From Pelagomonas calceolata (taxonomy: Eukaryota), in contig CAKKNE010000004.1 in assembly GCA_918797485.1 (NCBI GenBank), positions 2,604,001-2,668,000 of the forward strand: a stretch of DNA of 64,000 nucleotides, written 5' to 3'. Shown here piece by piece: positions 41,499 through 50,839 of this stretch. A program made the position numbers and the translations under genes. Position 1 is the first letter of the stretch. Every line of letters begins with the position of its first letter. The notes under the pieces are model-generated. The model was not told the origin of the DNA. It saw only the letters and a list, made by a program, of their open reading frames with translations, and did not search any database.

Positions 41499-43763
41499 CT
41501 ACTGCGCCCGCCCCGCCGCCTCGCCGAGACTCCCGGCCGAGTCCGTCCGCCTACGAACCTCGGACAGGGCCATCCAGTCGGCGTCCGAAGCACTTGTAGG
41601 CGCCGGCTCCTGCTTCGACGACCGGAAGGCCTCCAGCGCTTTCCGGCGCGACTGTTCATACACGATTTGGGACGATGGTATATAAGCTCGAGCCGGGTTG
41701 CGGTCGCAGAGCCGCCATTCATCCAAGGCTACTTCGTACACTAATCCAATGTCCTTGGACGTCCTTGATGACAGTACAATACCGGGACCGATTGGAGTAC
41801 TAACAGCTCGGCCCGGCTCGATCGTGCCCTCGACTTGTACCGACCCGCTCTTCTTCTTCCTCACTGAGAGTGGGGCACAGGCCTCGCAGAGCGGCACGGC
41901 GTCCAAGCCGTAGTCCACAACTAGCGCCCGATTCAACCGTCGTAGAGCGTCGTCGAGCTCCTGGCGCCGCATGTCCTTCCGTCGGTCGTCGGGAGACCAC
42001 TGTATCACTTCAAAATCCTTCTTCGCCGCGACGCCGACCCGCCGCAGCCCAAGTGGCGAGATGAACTTGCGACTACAAGCATCCAGCGCCGCATCGACAA
42101 AAGTCTCCACAAAAACCACTCCCGCCTTGTCCCAAGCTTCTCGCGCACTTTCCGGGTCCGAGTGGTGCCTACCGCGATGCGTGCGGTCGATGGGCTGCAC
42201 TACATGTATATAAGCCCTTTCTAAACGACCACCTCTGGGTGAGGAAGCGGCAGCCATCAATTCCGCCGCCCGCGCGTCGCCCTGCCCGTTGTCGCCGACA
42301 AAGATAAAATCAAATTCGGGATACAGGGCCTGGAATTCCAGGAAATTCTGGGCCTTCTTTTGGGCGAGCGGCTCCATGTCCCCCCGGAGCATCATCTCGC
42401 CGCCAGTCTTCAAATCTCCGGTAAGTAAAGTAGGCATCGTGTGGAGCCGCTTCGCCTGGAGGAGGTGGGCGAACTTGGCGTAGGAGGAACGTTCGGCGAG
42501 GTCCGAGAAAACATGGGGTCGCGCGCTCAGAAACACGAGATTGCCCAGTCTGCTTCTAAAATCCCCTTCGTCGGTGCCGAGGTCGAGCTCTCTATAGAAA
42601 GCTAATACTCCGGGGTAGATGGCTTTCCGAGGCCATCGCTTATCTAGTCCAGCGGGATAGTGGCCACCACTACACAGTAACGTGTCGTCCAGGTCAGATA
42701 ACACTTTTCTAGAACCTCTGTTAGATCGAGCACTTTTACGAGTCCGCAGCAACCGATGCGCTGATTGCACGGACGCCTCCCGCTGGACGTGCTTCAGGAT
42801 ATCCGTTCTTATGGAAGACTCGCGGATGTCCTGATACACGAGCTTGTGCAAACTATGAACATCGCCCTTTAGGTCGCATAACGTTTTCAATTCCGTGAGC
42901 TCATCACCTCTGGTCCAGAGCATGACGTTGCGCACCCACAACTCGCCTCGTCGTGGACAGGCTGATAGAGGCATCTGTTGTAACGCATCTAAGAGTACCA
43001 CGCGACTCCGAACGTTCAGATCAGCTACCCTCTGAACTGCTAGCAAATCAACGAGCTCCGTCCGAGCACCCTTGGTAGAGGGAGAAAACAGAAAAGACGC
43101 CGCGTAGTCGGCCCAGGACTTCATCGGCTCCGAATCCTTCAACTTGTAGACTAGTAAACCGAGCTTGACCCTTCTCAATATCATGTTCAAATCGTCGGCC
43201 CCGCAGTCTTGTAGGGTCTCGATGATGAACCGCTCGACGCGCGCCGTCTCTCTCCTTCTCCACAGTCTCGTAATGGTGGACGGGATGAAGTAGTGGTCGA
43301 GGCGCGCGACGGCCTCGTCGACCTTCGCGAGCGCCTCGATACTCGCGTCGAGCTCCGCGGGATCGGCGGCGAGCGTCCTCAAATTTTCCGTAGATGACGG
43401 CTTGGCGAAGTGCGGCGCGCGCACCAAGCGTCGCCGCCGCAGCCAGCGGTCGTACCAGCTGATCCAGCACGTAAATACCGCGACGGCTATGGCGCCCATC
43501 AGAGGCGATTTATGGCCAATCCTCAAGGGCGAGTCCTCGGCGAAGAAGACCACTGAAGAGAGTAACGTCGCGACGACGGTCCAGAAGCGGTTCTCTGCCT
43601 CTTGCGCGAACAACAAGGGACTACCTTCGCTCGTGAGGAAGACCACCACCAGCACCAGGGAGAATAAACAAGACGTGCCGAAGAGCACGCCGATCTGCTG
43701 GAATAATGTGACCAACCCAACTAACATGAGCGTGAGGAGGAGGAGGATGCGGCTGGGGCTCAT
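41499..43763 (-). CDS. Membrane protein with APP1-like (HAD) phosphatidate phosphatase domain
   Basis: N-terminal TM segments; KVLSDLDDTL, FLSARP, FIFVGDNGQGD. Confidence 0.75.
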   Translation of the reverse strand: MSPSRILLLLTLMLVGLVTLFQQIGVLFGTSCLFSLVLVVVFLTSEGSPLLFAQEAENRFWTVVATLLSSVVFFAEDSPLRIGHKSPLMGAIAVAVFTCWISWYDRWLRRRRLVRAPHFAKPSSTENLRTLAADPAELDASIEALAKVDEAVARLDHYFIPSTITRLWRRRETARVERFIIETLQDCGADDLNMILRRVKLGLLVYKLKDSEPMKSWADYAASFLFSPSTKGARTELVDLLAVQRVADLNVRSRVVLLDALQQMPLSACPRRGELWVRNVMLWTRGDELTELKTLCDLKGDVHSLHKLVYQDIRESSIRTDILKHVQREASVQSAHRLLRTRKSARSNRGSRKVLSDLDDTLLCSGGHYPAGLDKRWPRKAIYPGVLAFYRELDLGTDEGDFRSRLGNLVFLSARPHVFSDLAERSSYAKFAHLLQAKRLHTMPTLLTGDLKTGGEMMLRGDMEPLAQKKAQNFLEFQALYPEFDFIFVGDNGQGDARAAELMAAASSPRGGRLERAYIHVVQPIDRTHRGRHHSDPESAREAWDKAGVVFVETFVDAALDACSRKFISPLGLRRVGVAAKKDFEVIQWSPDDRRKDMRRQELDDALRRLNRALVVDYGLDAVPLCEACAPLSVRKKKSGSVQVEGTIEPGRAVSTPIGPGIVLSSRTSKDIGLVYEVALDEWRLCDRNPARAYIPSSQIVYEQSRRKALEAFRSSKQEPAPTSASDADWMALSEVRRRTDSAGSLGEAAGRAQ

Positions 43764-43920
43764 GGTTGCTTCTTGGTGCTACTGCTTCCCCTGAGTGGTG
43801 GGCGCGCGCTGCGACGGCGCAGCGCTGGTGGCGCGCGCTGGGCGGCTCACTCGGTGCGCTCCAAGTAGGCCAGGGCCAGTGTAACCCAGAGAATTGCGCC
43901 GCTGCACCGAGGTGCGATTG

Positions 43921-44100
43921 CTAGCGGCTTGTAAGACACTAGCAAGCCTAATACGTGACGCGCAAGGGGCCGCCGCGTCGTCGAGCGAATACGCGCCGAT
44001 GGGACCCCTCCGGAACCGCCCCCCGGCGATCTCGTCGGCGCACGCGCGCGCGAGCCCACGAACCTCGCCGCGGACCGCCCACTAGTCCTAGCACCGTAAC
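43921..44100. promoter_or_regulatory. Junction cassette: CTAG-N14-CTAG (43921-43942) plus 3' motif (44075-44100)
   Basis: CTAGCGGCTTGTAAGACACTAG and CCGCCCACTAGTCCTAGCACCGTAAC. Confidence 0.6.
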
Positions 44101-44155
44101 AGAATAGAACGCGCCCAGGGCGACGGGAGACTACAATAACCCCTCTTACGCCCCA

Positions 44156-44632
44156 CTAATCCAAAACGGACCCCTCCGTGATGAACGACGACCGAGGCGC
44201 GCTCACGGACGCCGACATGTCCCCCGACGTAATCCCCTTGGCGCATCGGACAATTTCGGCACGAATCCGCCGGTCCTCCTTCGCCTTCGCCATCTTCTCG
44301 GCCCGGCGAGCCCGCGCCAGCGCCTCGTGCCGCTTCATCTGCACGCGGTGGCGCATCTCGGCCTCCTCCTTCTTGCGCCAATATTCCAGCTTCTCCGCGG
44401 CCTTGAACTCCTGCTCGATGATGGCGAACTTCGACGCGTTCTTGGACATGTCGATGACGCGGCCGGCGGCGTCGATCTGGCCCGTCTTGTACAAATGAGC
44501 CTGGACGCTGCGATTCTCGAAGTAGTGGCGCATGTTCGGATCTCTGAGAGCGTCGTACGACGATAAGGGAGGAGCCGGTGAGGCATCCCAGACGGGGCGG
44601 CCGCCGTTTCTATTAGCGTAGGCGTTGCTCAT
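44156..44632 (-). CDS. Small coiled-coil protein resembling the ERICH3 N-terminus (cilia-associated)
   Basis: YDALRDPNMRHYF...HLYKTGQIDAAGRVI. Confidence 0.6.
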   Translation of the reverse strand: MSNAYANRNGGRPVWDASPAPPLSSYDALRDPNMRHYFENRSVQAHLYKTGQIDAAGRVIDMSKNASKFAIIEQEFKAAEKLEYWRKKEEAEMRHRVQMKRHEALARARRAEKMAKAKEDRRIRAEIVRCAKGITSGDMSASVSAPRSSFITEGSVLD

Positions 44633-45056
44633 CGCGGCTCCACTCGGCTAGATGGCTGCCACTCGGCTTGAGGAAGACCGCGGCGTTGGCGTAGATGTTG
44701 GGCTGCCTCGCGGCTCTACTCGTCGTCGGCGCTCCGCCGCGCACCCGCGCGCGGGGGAATGGGGTCCTCCCGCTCGCTCGCGCGCGTCTGCGCCTACGGA
44801 GAGGCTGGCGCTGCGAGCTTGGACGGGCGAGGCTAGTGTCTCTCTCGGGGCGCAACGGCGCGCAGAGCGATCCGTCGTCCGACGCCTCGGGCCGGCGCCG
44901 CGGGAGCGCTGGCGGCCGGAGATCCTACTAGAGGCAGCCAAGTGTAGCGCTCGGCGGCAGCCCAACAATTGACGAGCGTGGGGCGACGCATACACGCGCA
45001 CGCTTCAGCTAACACCGACGAAAGGCGCCACCGCTCGACGCTGCGAGGGGGCAGCC

Positions 45057-46076
45057 ATGTCCGACGAGGAGTCCGCCGCCCCGGAGGAATCGGTGGGAGA
45101 CGCCTCCGAGGCGCCCGAGGAGGAGGCAGCGCCGAGATTGGGATTGGCGTTCACGGACCTCACGATAGAAGCGATGGAGGCCCTCGCCGACGCGCCGGAC
45201 GTCAAAAGTAAATTGCAAATACTGTGCGAACTAACGGAAGTGAACCACTATCAGGACAACACGTGGAGTGGCGTCTTCGTCGACTACTTGTACTATGGCC
45301 TGGCCTTCGCTGCGGAACGGAGTTTTAGTGACGAGCAGACCTCGGCGCTGTCTTCTATTCTGAAAAACGTCTTCGAGCACGCGTTTCCCGTGGAACCTGA
45401 CAGCGACTCGACACCACTCGAAGAAAATCACGCCTTCTTCAAGGACCAGATGCTGACGCATTCCGTTGATGATGCGGAGGCGGGTTGTATTCAGCTGTAC
45501 AGTGTCGAGGACGTAACACAAGTCTCAAACTTCCTCTCCACAACTTTTTATAGACACTACAACTCCTACAAGTACGCCTATACCACAACGCAGCCCGAGG
45601 AGACCGTCCACCATTCTCTGATCGTCGAGACGCCCCTGCCGCCCCCACCATTATGCGAAGGCCAATTGTTCGGCGAAGCCGTACCGGAGCCGTGCGTGGA
45701 AGCACCAGCTCCCGCGCCGGCGCCCTACTACGAGGAGGACCACGTCGAGTATTATGGAGAAGATCCCGAGTACCTCGACAGCTATAAAGCCTATGTCCGC
45801 GGGAGGAGGCTGGATGCGGAGCGGCAGGAGGATCCTTCGTTAACAAAAGCGCGGGAGGACGCCATGGCCATGCTCGCCCAATTGAAGGCCGACGAGGAGG
45901 CTGGTTTAGTGGAACCGACGGAGTGGACGGTCGTCGAGCCCGACGAGCCGCGGCCCGACTGGGTGCCGCCGGCGACGCCGCCGGACGTGCGGGAAAAACT
46001 CGCCGCGCGCGAGGCCGGGCCCGGCTGGGTGCCGCCATCCACTCCTCCCGAGGCGGCGACGGCGGCGGCCGAGTAA
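45057..46076 (+). CDS. Flagellar central-pair C1a-32/CFAP119-like protein
   Basis: FAAERSFSDEQTSALSSI and FLSTTFYRHYNSYKYAYT resemble this family. Confidence 0.65.
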   Translation: MSDEESAAPEESVGDASEAPEEEAAPRLGLAFTDLTIEAMEALADAPDVKSKLQILCELTEVNHYQDNTWSGVFVDYLYYGLAFAAERSFSDEQTSALSSILKNVFEHAFPVEPDSDSTPLEENHAFFKDQMLTHSVDDAEAGCIQLYSVEDVTQVSNFLSTTFYRHYNSYKYAYTTTQPEETVHHSLIVETPLPPPPLCEGQLFGEAVPEPCVEAPAPAPAPYYEEDHVEYYGEDPEYLDSYKAYVRGRRLDAERQEDPSLTKAREDAMAMLAQLKADEEAGLVEPTEWTVVEPDEPRPDWVPPATPPDVREKLAAREAGPGWVPPSTPPEAATAAAE

Positions 46077-46216
46077 CGACCCTGGGAAAGGTAGTCTTTT
46101 ATTTGCTTTGCTTAGAGCTAGGCCGCCTAGCCGCCATGACCGCCGCGGGGTCCGCGTGAACGCCCGAGCAAGCCCGGACGCCGTCGCGGCGTCGCTCAGG
46201 GCTGCGCACCGCTCCC

Positions 46217-46241
46217 GTGACGGTGCTAGGGCTAGTGGCGG
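46217..46241 (+). terminator. Putative 3'-end motif (variant)
   Basis: GTGACGGTGCTAGGGCTAGTGGCGG, about 140 bp after the stop at 46076. Confidence 0.4.
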
Positions 46242-46511
46242 CGCCCGCTTTGCTGGGCTAGTGCGCGCTAGTGGCCGCCGCCGCCTCGGCCTAGCGCGCT
46301 GCCATCGTCCCGCAAAGCGACGCGACGCGCTGCCCCTCGCTGAGATAAGTGTCAGGCAGGGCTCTGGAAGCTCCTTGCGCGTCGTGTCTTAGCTGCCCGA
46401 CGCGACGCCGCCTCGCCGCACCCCTTCCTCTTGCCCTCCCTCTCCCTGGGACAGACACGGGCAGGCACGCCACCAAGACAACGCCGTCTCGGCCAATCGG
46501 ACAACTTCGCC

Positions 46512-47741
46512 ATGGAGACCGTGCGCGACCCCCACCTCGTGACGAAGGAGACGCACGCCGGCCCCGCATTAAGGAAGCACGTCGCCGAGTTCGCCGAGTT
46601 GTTGGTACGAGATTACCTCTCGAAGCAAGGGTTAAGTAAGACGCTCGCCGAGATGGACGTCGAATCAGAAGAAATAGGTCGAACCAAGCCGACGATGACG
46701 GGCTGGGCCACGATGGCCGAATTGATAAGGCTCACGGATCTGCTGAGGGCGAACGAGGCGGCGGGCGCCGAGAGTGTAGAAACGATCCTCGAGGTCCTCG
46801 CGAAGGAACTCGCACGGGAGTCGTCGGTCAAAATGCGGAAGCCCGTGACACTCACCGTTCTCAGGAGCGCACCGTCCTGCGCCGAACGCGCCCGAACGAC
46901 GGAGCTCAGAGCGACTCTAACAAGGACAGGAGGCAACTACGGCCATCCCGACCCGCCAAGGAAGAAGAAGACAAAACAAAAAACAGCACCGATCCCTCCG
47001 GCACCTTCCCTGAAACTGAAGGAGGGCAACCCTTCTACTCTATCAAGGCCCGTCTCGAATTACGTCATAAAACCACACGGCGTCAAGGTCCAGCCTGGGG
47101 CTCCTAGACATTTAGCGCAGTCGCTCTCTGCCGAGAGGTGGATCCCCATGGACACTCGTGAACGCATGCTGCGGCGCGAGTTCGCCGAGACCAAACTTAG
47201 TTTGGATAAACTGAAGGCCAGGGCCGACTTCGAGAAGAACGACAGTAAACACCACAAACTGTCGGAACTCGAACAGAACGGCGTGGAAGAGCGCTATGGG
47301 ATTGCCCGGAAGAAGAGTTGTGGGCTTTGTAGGATGGAATATTCTCGGGTGAACCTCGTTTGTGAGGTGCCAATAAAGGCCATTGATGATTTAAGAAAGA
47401 TGTGGAGCGAGGAATTTACGCCCCACCCGAGGCACGTGAAGGAGTGCGCCAAGGGGAAGTTCCGGGCCTTCACGTACGATCGGGTCGGCGTCTGCACGAT
47501 GTGCGCCCAGTTCTTTAGGGTCGGCCAGCAGGAGGTGTACCGGCCGTCGGTCGAAGCGCGGAACGCGGAGAAGAGGCGGCGGGCGCAGAAGCTTTCCAAT
47601 GAATTGGATAAAAGGTTTTGGGACCCCGTCAAGCAGCTCGACGCGGACCGGAGAGATCAATTGCTGGGGACGGCGGCGGCCGAGATCGACGTGCCGGGCG
47701 CGCGCGTGCCGGCGGCGCCGCTGGCCGTGGATAAGGACTAG
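46512..47741 (+). CDS. Unknown protein with N-terminal LisH-like motif and CxxC pairs
   Basis: LLVRDYLSKQGLSKTLAEMDVE; CGLC...VCTMCAQFF. Confidence 0.65.
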   Translation: METVRDPHLVTKETHAGPALRKHVAEFAELLVRDYLSKQGLSKTLAEMDVESEEIGRTKPTMTGWATMAELIRLTDLLRANEAAGAESVETILEVLAKELARESSVKMRKPVTLTVLRSAPSCAERARTTELRATLTRTGGNYGHPDPPRKKKTKQKTAPIPPAPSLKLKEGNPSTLSRPVSNYVIKPHGVKVQPGAPRHLAQSLSAERWIPMDTRERMLRREFAETKLSLDKLKARADFEKNDSKHHKLSELEQNGVEERYGIARKKSCGLCRMEYSRVNLVCEVPIKAIDDLRKMWSEEFTPHPRHVKECAKGKFRAFTYDRVGVCTMCAQFFRVGQQEVYRPSVEARNAEKRRRAQKLSNELDKRFWDPVKQLDADRRDQLLGTAAAEIDVPGARVPAAPLAVDKD

Positions 47742-47810
47742 TCTTAGTGGTTCTTATGACATACCATACATGTGGCTAATCGCCGCGCCATTGCCGCGAC
47801 GTCGGTGCGA

Positions 47811-48416
47811 TCAGTGCTTCCGCGACTCGTCCTCGACCTTGTGGATAGCGGGCCACTTGTTCGCCAGGAAGGTCTCCACCTGTGTGCATCGAGACTCCCC
47901 TACGTGCCTGCTCGACGGCGTGCGCGTCGACGACCGCGAGACGCCATCGCGCCGGCGAAGGCCCCCTCAGCAATGACGCGGAGTCCGCACGTCGCCGGAC
48001 CACCACTCCGGCGCCGGGTCGCTCGGCGGCTTGCCGTGCTCCTGCGCGAGCCAGGCGTCGCAGATGGCGCGGGCGTCGTCGGGCGTTGTCACCTTACCGC
48101 CGAGGCACAGCACGTTGGAATCATTAATTGCGCGCGCGCAACGCGCCGCGGCCACGTTCTCGCACGTCGCGGCTTGTATGCCGCTGAACCTGTTGGCCAC
48201 AATCCCAACACCCATGCCCGTGCCGCAGAAGAGCAGCCCCTTCGCGCCGTCAGTTTGCACGCGCCGCGCCACCTCGCCCGCTTTGTCGTAGTACGCGCCC
48301 GTGCCCAGATCGTCGACCTCGTAGCCCTGCGCGCGGCAGTGCTCCACCAATACGTTTTTCAGATCCTCTCCGAAGCCGTCCGCGCCGGCCACGATGAGTG
48401 GTTTTGACTCAGTCAT
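47811..48416 (-). CDS. RpiB/LacAB family sugar-phosphate isomerase (DRT102-like); exons 48416-47991 and 47879-47811
   Basis: IVAGADGFG, GLLFCGTGMGVGIVAN, ARAINDSNVLCLGG; splicing gives EWWSGD|VETFLANKW. Confidence 0.88.
47880..47990 (-). mobile_element. Degenerate introner-type intron (GT-AG, 111 nt)
   Basis: TSD-like GTGCGGAC/GTGGAGAC, 3' end GATGCACACAG, internal CGATGGCGT and CGCCGTCGAGCAG modules. Confidence 0.7.
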
Positions 48417-48587
48417 TTTTTGCGGCTGCGCTGCAGCGCTGCAGCAGTGCTGTGCTCAGGGGTGTTGCTGCGGGCTGGAGGTGTGCACTGATTGCTGCCG
48501 GCTGGCTGCGCAGAACAAGCAACTATCTCCAGGCGTCAGGCGACGTGGCAACTTGCTAATCTCGCGTGCTGCCACTTGCTATGTTTT

Positions 48588-48609
48588 CTAGTGTCTTACG
48601 CTACGCTAG
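48588..48609. promoter_or_regulatory. CTAG-N14-CTAG motif in a divergent promoter
   Basis: CTAGTGTCTTACGCTACGCTAG. Confidence 0.6.
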
Positions 48610-48955
48610 CTTCGACTTTCAAACTTGTGCGTCCTGCACAGCGTAAACAAGTAAGTACCAGTTGAGGGCAGTGTGGCATTTTACGAATTGATCACTTGGC
48701 TCGCCACACTGTGAAAACCGCGGCCAAATCCGACCGCTGCGCGCTGCGCGGGCTCGAAACCGGTGCGCGCGCTGTAATCGTGCGGTGCCACGCCGCGTTC
48801 GTTACGGCACAGCGCAAACGGCGGCACCGCTTCATAAGACCGCGCTACCACGCGCGTCACGCATCACGCCGCCGACGCGCAACCGCGAGAGCAACCGCGA
48901 GACGCAACCGCGAGACACGACCGCGTCGCCTCGCGCGCAGGCAACCACAGCAGCC

Positions 48956-49639
48956 ATGGTCGCCACGCGCGCCCGGCGCGCCTCGGGCGAGGGCACGCCC
49001 AAGCAGACGGCCACGAAGCGCGTCGCGGCCCGGAGCAAGTCCCCGGCCCCCAAGAAGCCCGCGGCGCGCGCGAAGAGCCCCGCGCCGCGCGGCAAGAAGC
49101 CGTCCTCGAAGAAGGGCCAGCGCAAGCCGCCGCCGCCCGTCGGGCTCTATGACCGGGCCCTGGCGACGTACCCCGTGGCGACGAACGCCGCGCAGGCGGG
49201 CCTCATGTCGTTCGCGTCGGCGCTCGCGTCGCAGTCGCTGGCGGGCATACCGGTCGACGAATTGGACTACGAGAAGCCGCTGCATTTTGGTGCGGTGGCG
49301 GCGTTAGTGGTCGCGCCTCTATCATTGGTGTTCTTCAACTTCGTCGAGAACCTGAGCGTGCCGGCGAAACTGCTCTTCGATCTGGTGGTAGGCGGGCCGG
49401 TCCTGAACGTGGGCTTCGTGGCGGCGCTCGGGTTGCTGCGGGGGCAGTCGCTGGAGTCGATCGTCGCGACGGTGTCGTCGGTCGACCAGTTCTGGGTCGC
49501 GCTCGTGCTCGCGTCGAACAAGGTCTGGCTGCCGGCGAAGGTGTTCATGTACGGCTTCCTGCCGGCGCGGTACTGGGGCCTCTGGTGCGCCGTCGTGTCC
49601 TTCGTCTGGGGCATCATCCTCGCGGTGATCGTCGTCTGA
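48956..49639 (+). CDS. Mpv17/PMP22 family membrane protein
   Basis: YDRALATYPVATNA, KLLFDLVVGGP, SNKVWLPAKVFMYGFLP; basic N-terminal extension. Confidence 0.8.
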   Translation: MVATRARRASGEGTPKQTATKRVAARSKSPAPKKPAARAKSPAPRGKKPSSKKGQRKPPPPVGLYDRALATYPVATNAAQAGLMSFASALASQSLAGIPVDELDYEKPLHFGAVAALVVAPLSLVFFNFVENLSVPAKLLFDLVVGGPVLNVGFVAALGLLRGQSLESIVATVSSVDQFWVALVLASNKVWLPAKVFMYGFLPARYWGLWCAVVSFVWGIILAVIVV

Positions 49640-49773
49640 ATCTCTGCGCGCGTCCTCGACTAAGCTTCGGGCGTGTGTACATCTACTAGTCGTCGTTTCT
49701 TGCGTCGACGGCGTCTGTATCGGGCGTCGCCGCCGCTCATTGTATTGTCGCGCTCATTGTTACGGTGCTAGGA

Positions 49774-50574
49774 CTAAATACCCCTAATTAGGGGTATTTA
49801 GAGCGAGGCGCCAGCGAGCCGTTAGGGTTCTAACCCGTATTTAACCCGCACCTTTCAAACACTAACCCGCACGTATCAACCCTAACCCGCGTTCCCGTAC
49901 CACCTGGGGGTACGGTTGCTTAAAGCACGTGTGATAGTGCACGTGCTATAACAGCGAATTAGGTTGGGATGCTAATGCTAATCTAAAAGTGATTTAATCA
50001 CCAAAATCGAACACGAAGTGTTCTTGTGCGCAGGGCGCCGCCGCAGCGTCTAAATCACCGCCGCGGCCACGCACAGCGCGCGCGGGGTGCACGGGGGCTC
50101 CTGCGTGCGCGAAGCGCTAGCGGCGACTCGCGCGATTGGCGGCGCGGAATCGACGCGCGAGCTCCGTGCGAACCCCTTGGCGAACACCACGCCGCCAGCG
50201 TGTTGTGCGCGCGCATTTCTTGTGCGCGCAGCAGCGCTTCGCGCACGCAGGAGCCCCCGTGCACCCCGCGCGCGCTGTGCGTGGCCGCGGCGGTGATTTA
50301 GACGCTGCGGCGGCGCCCTGCGCACAAGAACACTTCGTGTTCGATTTTGGTGATTAAATCACTTTTAGATTAGCATTAGCATCCCAACCTAATTCGCTGT
50401 TATAGCACGTGCACTATCACACGTGCTTAAGCAACCGTACCCCCAGGTGGTACGGGAACGCGGGTTAGGGTTGATACGTGCGGGTTAGTGTTTGAAAGGT
50501 GCGGGTTAAATACGGGTTAGAACCCTAACGGCTCGCTGGCGCCTCGCTAAATACCCCTAATTAGGGGTATTTAG
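49774..50574. mobile_element. 801-bp non-coding foldback element with ~345-bp inverted arms, palindromic 28-bp termini and 4-bp TSD (AGGA)
   Basis: Arms 49774-50118 and 50233-50574 differ only by 3 nt of indels. AGGA at 49770-49773 and 50575-50578. Removing the element restores GTTACGGTGCTAGGACTAGTGGGCGGA. Confidence 0.9.
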
Positions 50575-50613
50575 AGGACTAGTGGGCGGAGTTGTATTTG
50601 TGTGTCCAACTTG

Positions 50614-50635
50614 CTAGTGTCTTACCGGACGCTAG
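50614..50635. promoter_or_regulatory. CTAG-N14-CTAG motif
   Basis: CTAGTGTCTTACCGGACGCTAG, about 205 bp upstream of ATG 50840. Confidence 0.6.
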
Positions 50636-50839
50636 CTCAAACTCCTGCGGGCTGATGAGGTACGATTTGTACGGCCGGACGCCATTAAACAAGAATGCAG
50701 CGCTTGTAAGATTCTCTGACAGTGCTCTCGTGCTGTCGGTTCCATCGGTGCGATCTATCAAGGCTTGTGGTAGGGGCCGGGACAAGGCTGTCGGGCTGCT
50801 CCATCCGGCGCGATCTATAAATACGCGTGGACACAAACC

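Noticed and set aside
50026..50325. Mirror-image 91-aa and 69-aa ORFs
   Set aside because: They are by-products of the foldback's inverted arms.
49774..50574. True telomere or interstitial telomeric array
   Set aside because: The TTAGGG-like units are isolated rather than tandem, and the element has a TSD inside ordinary gene-dense DNA.
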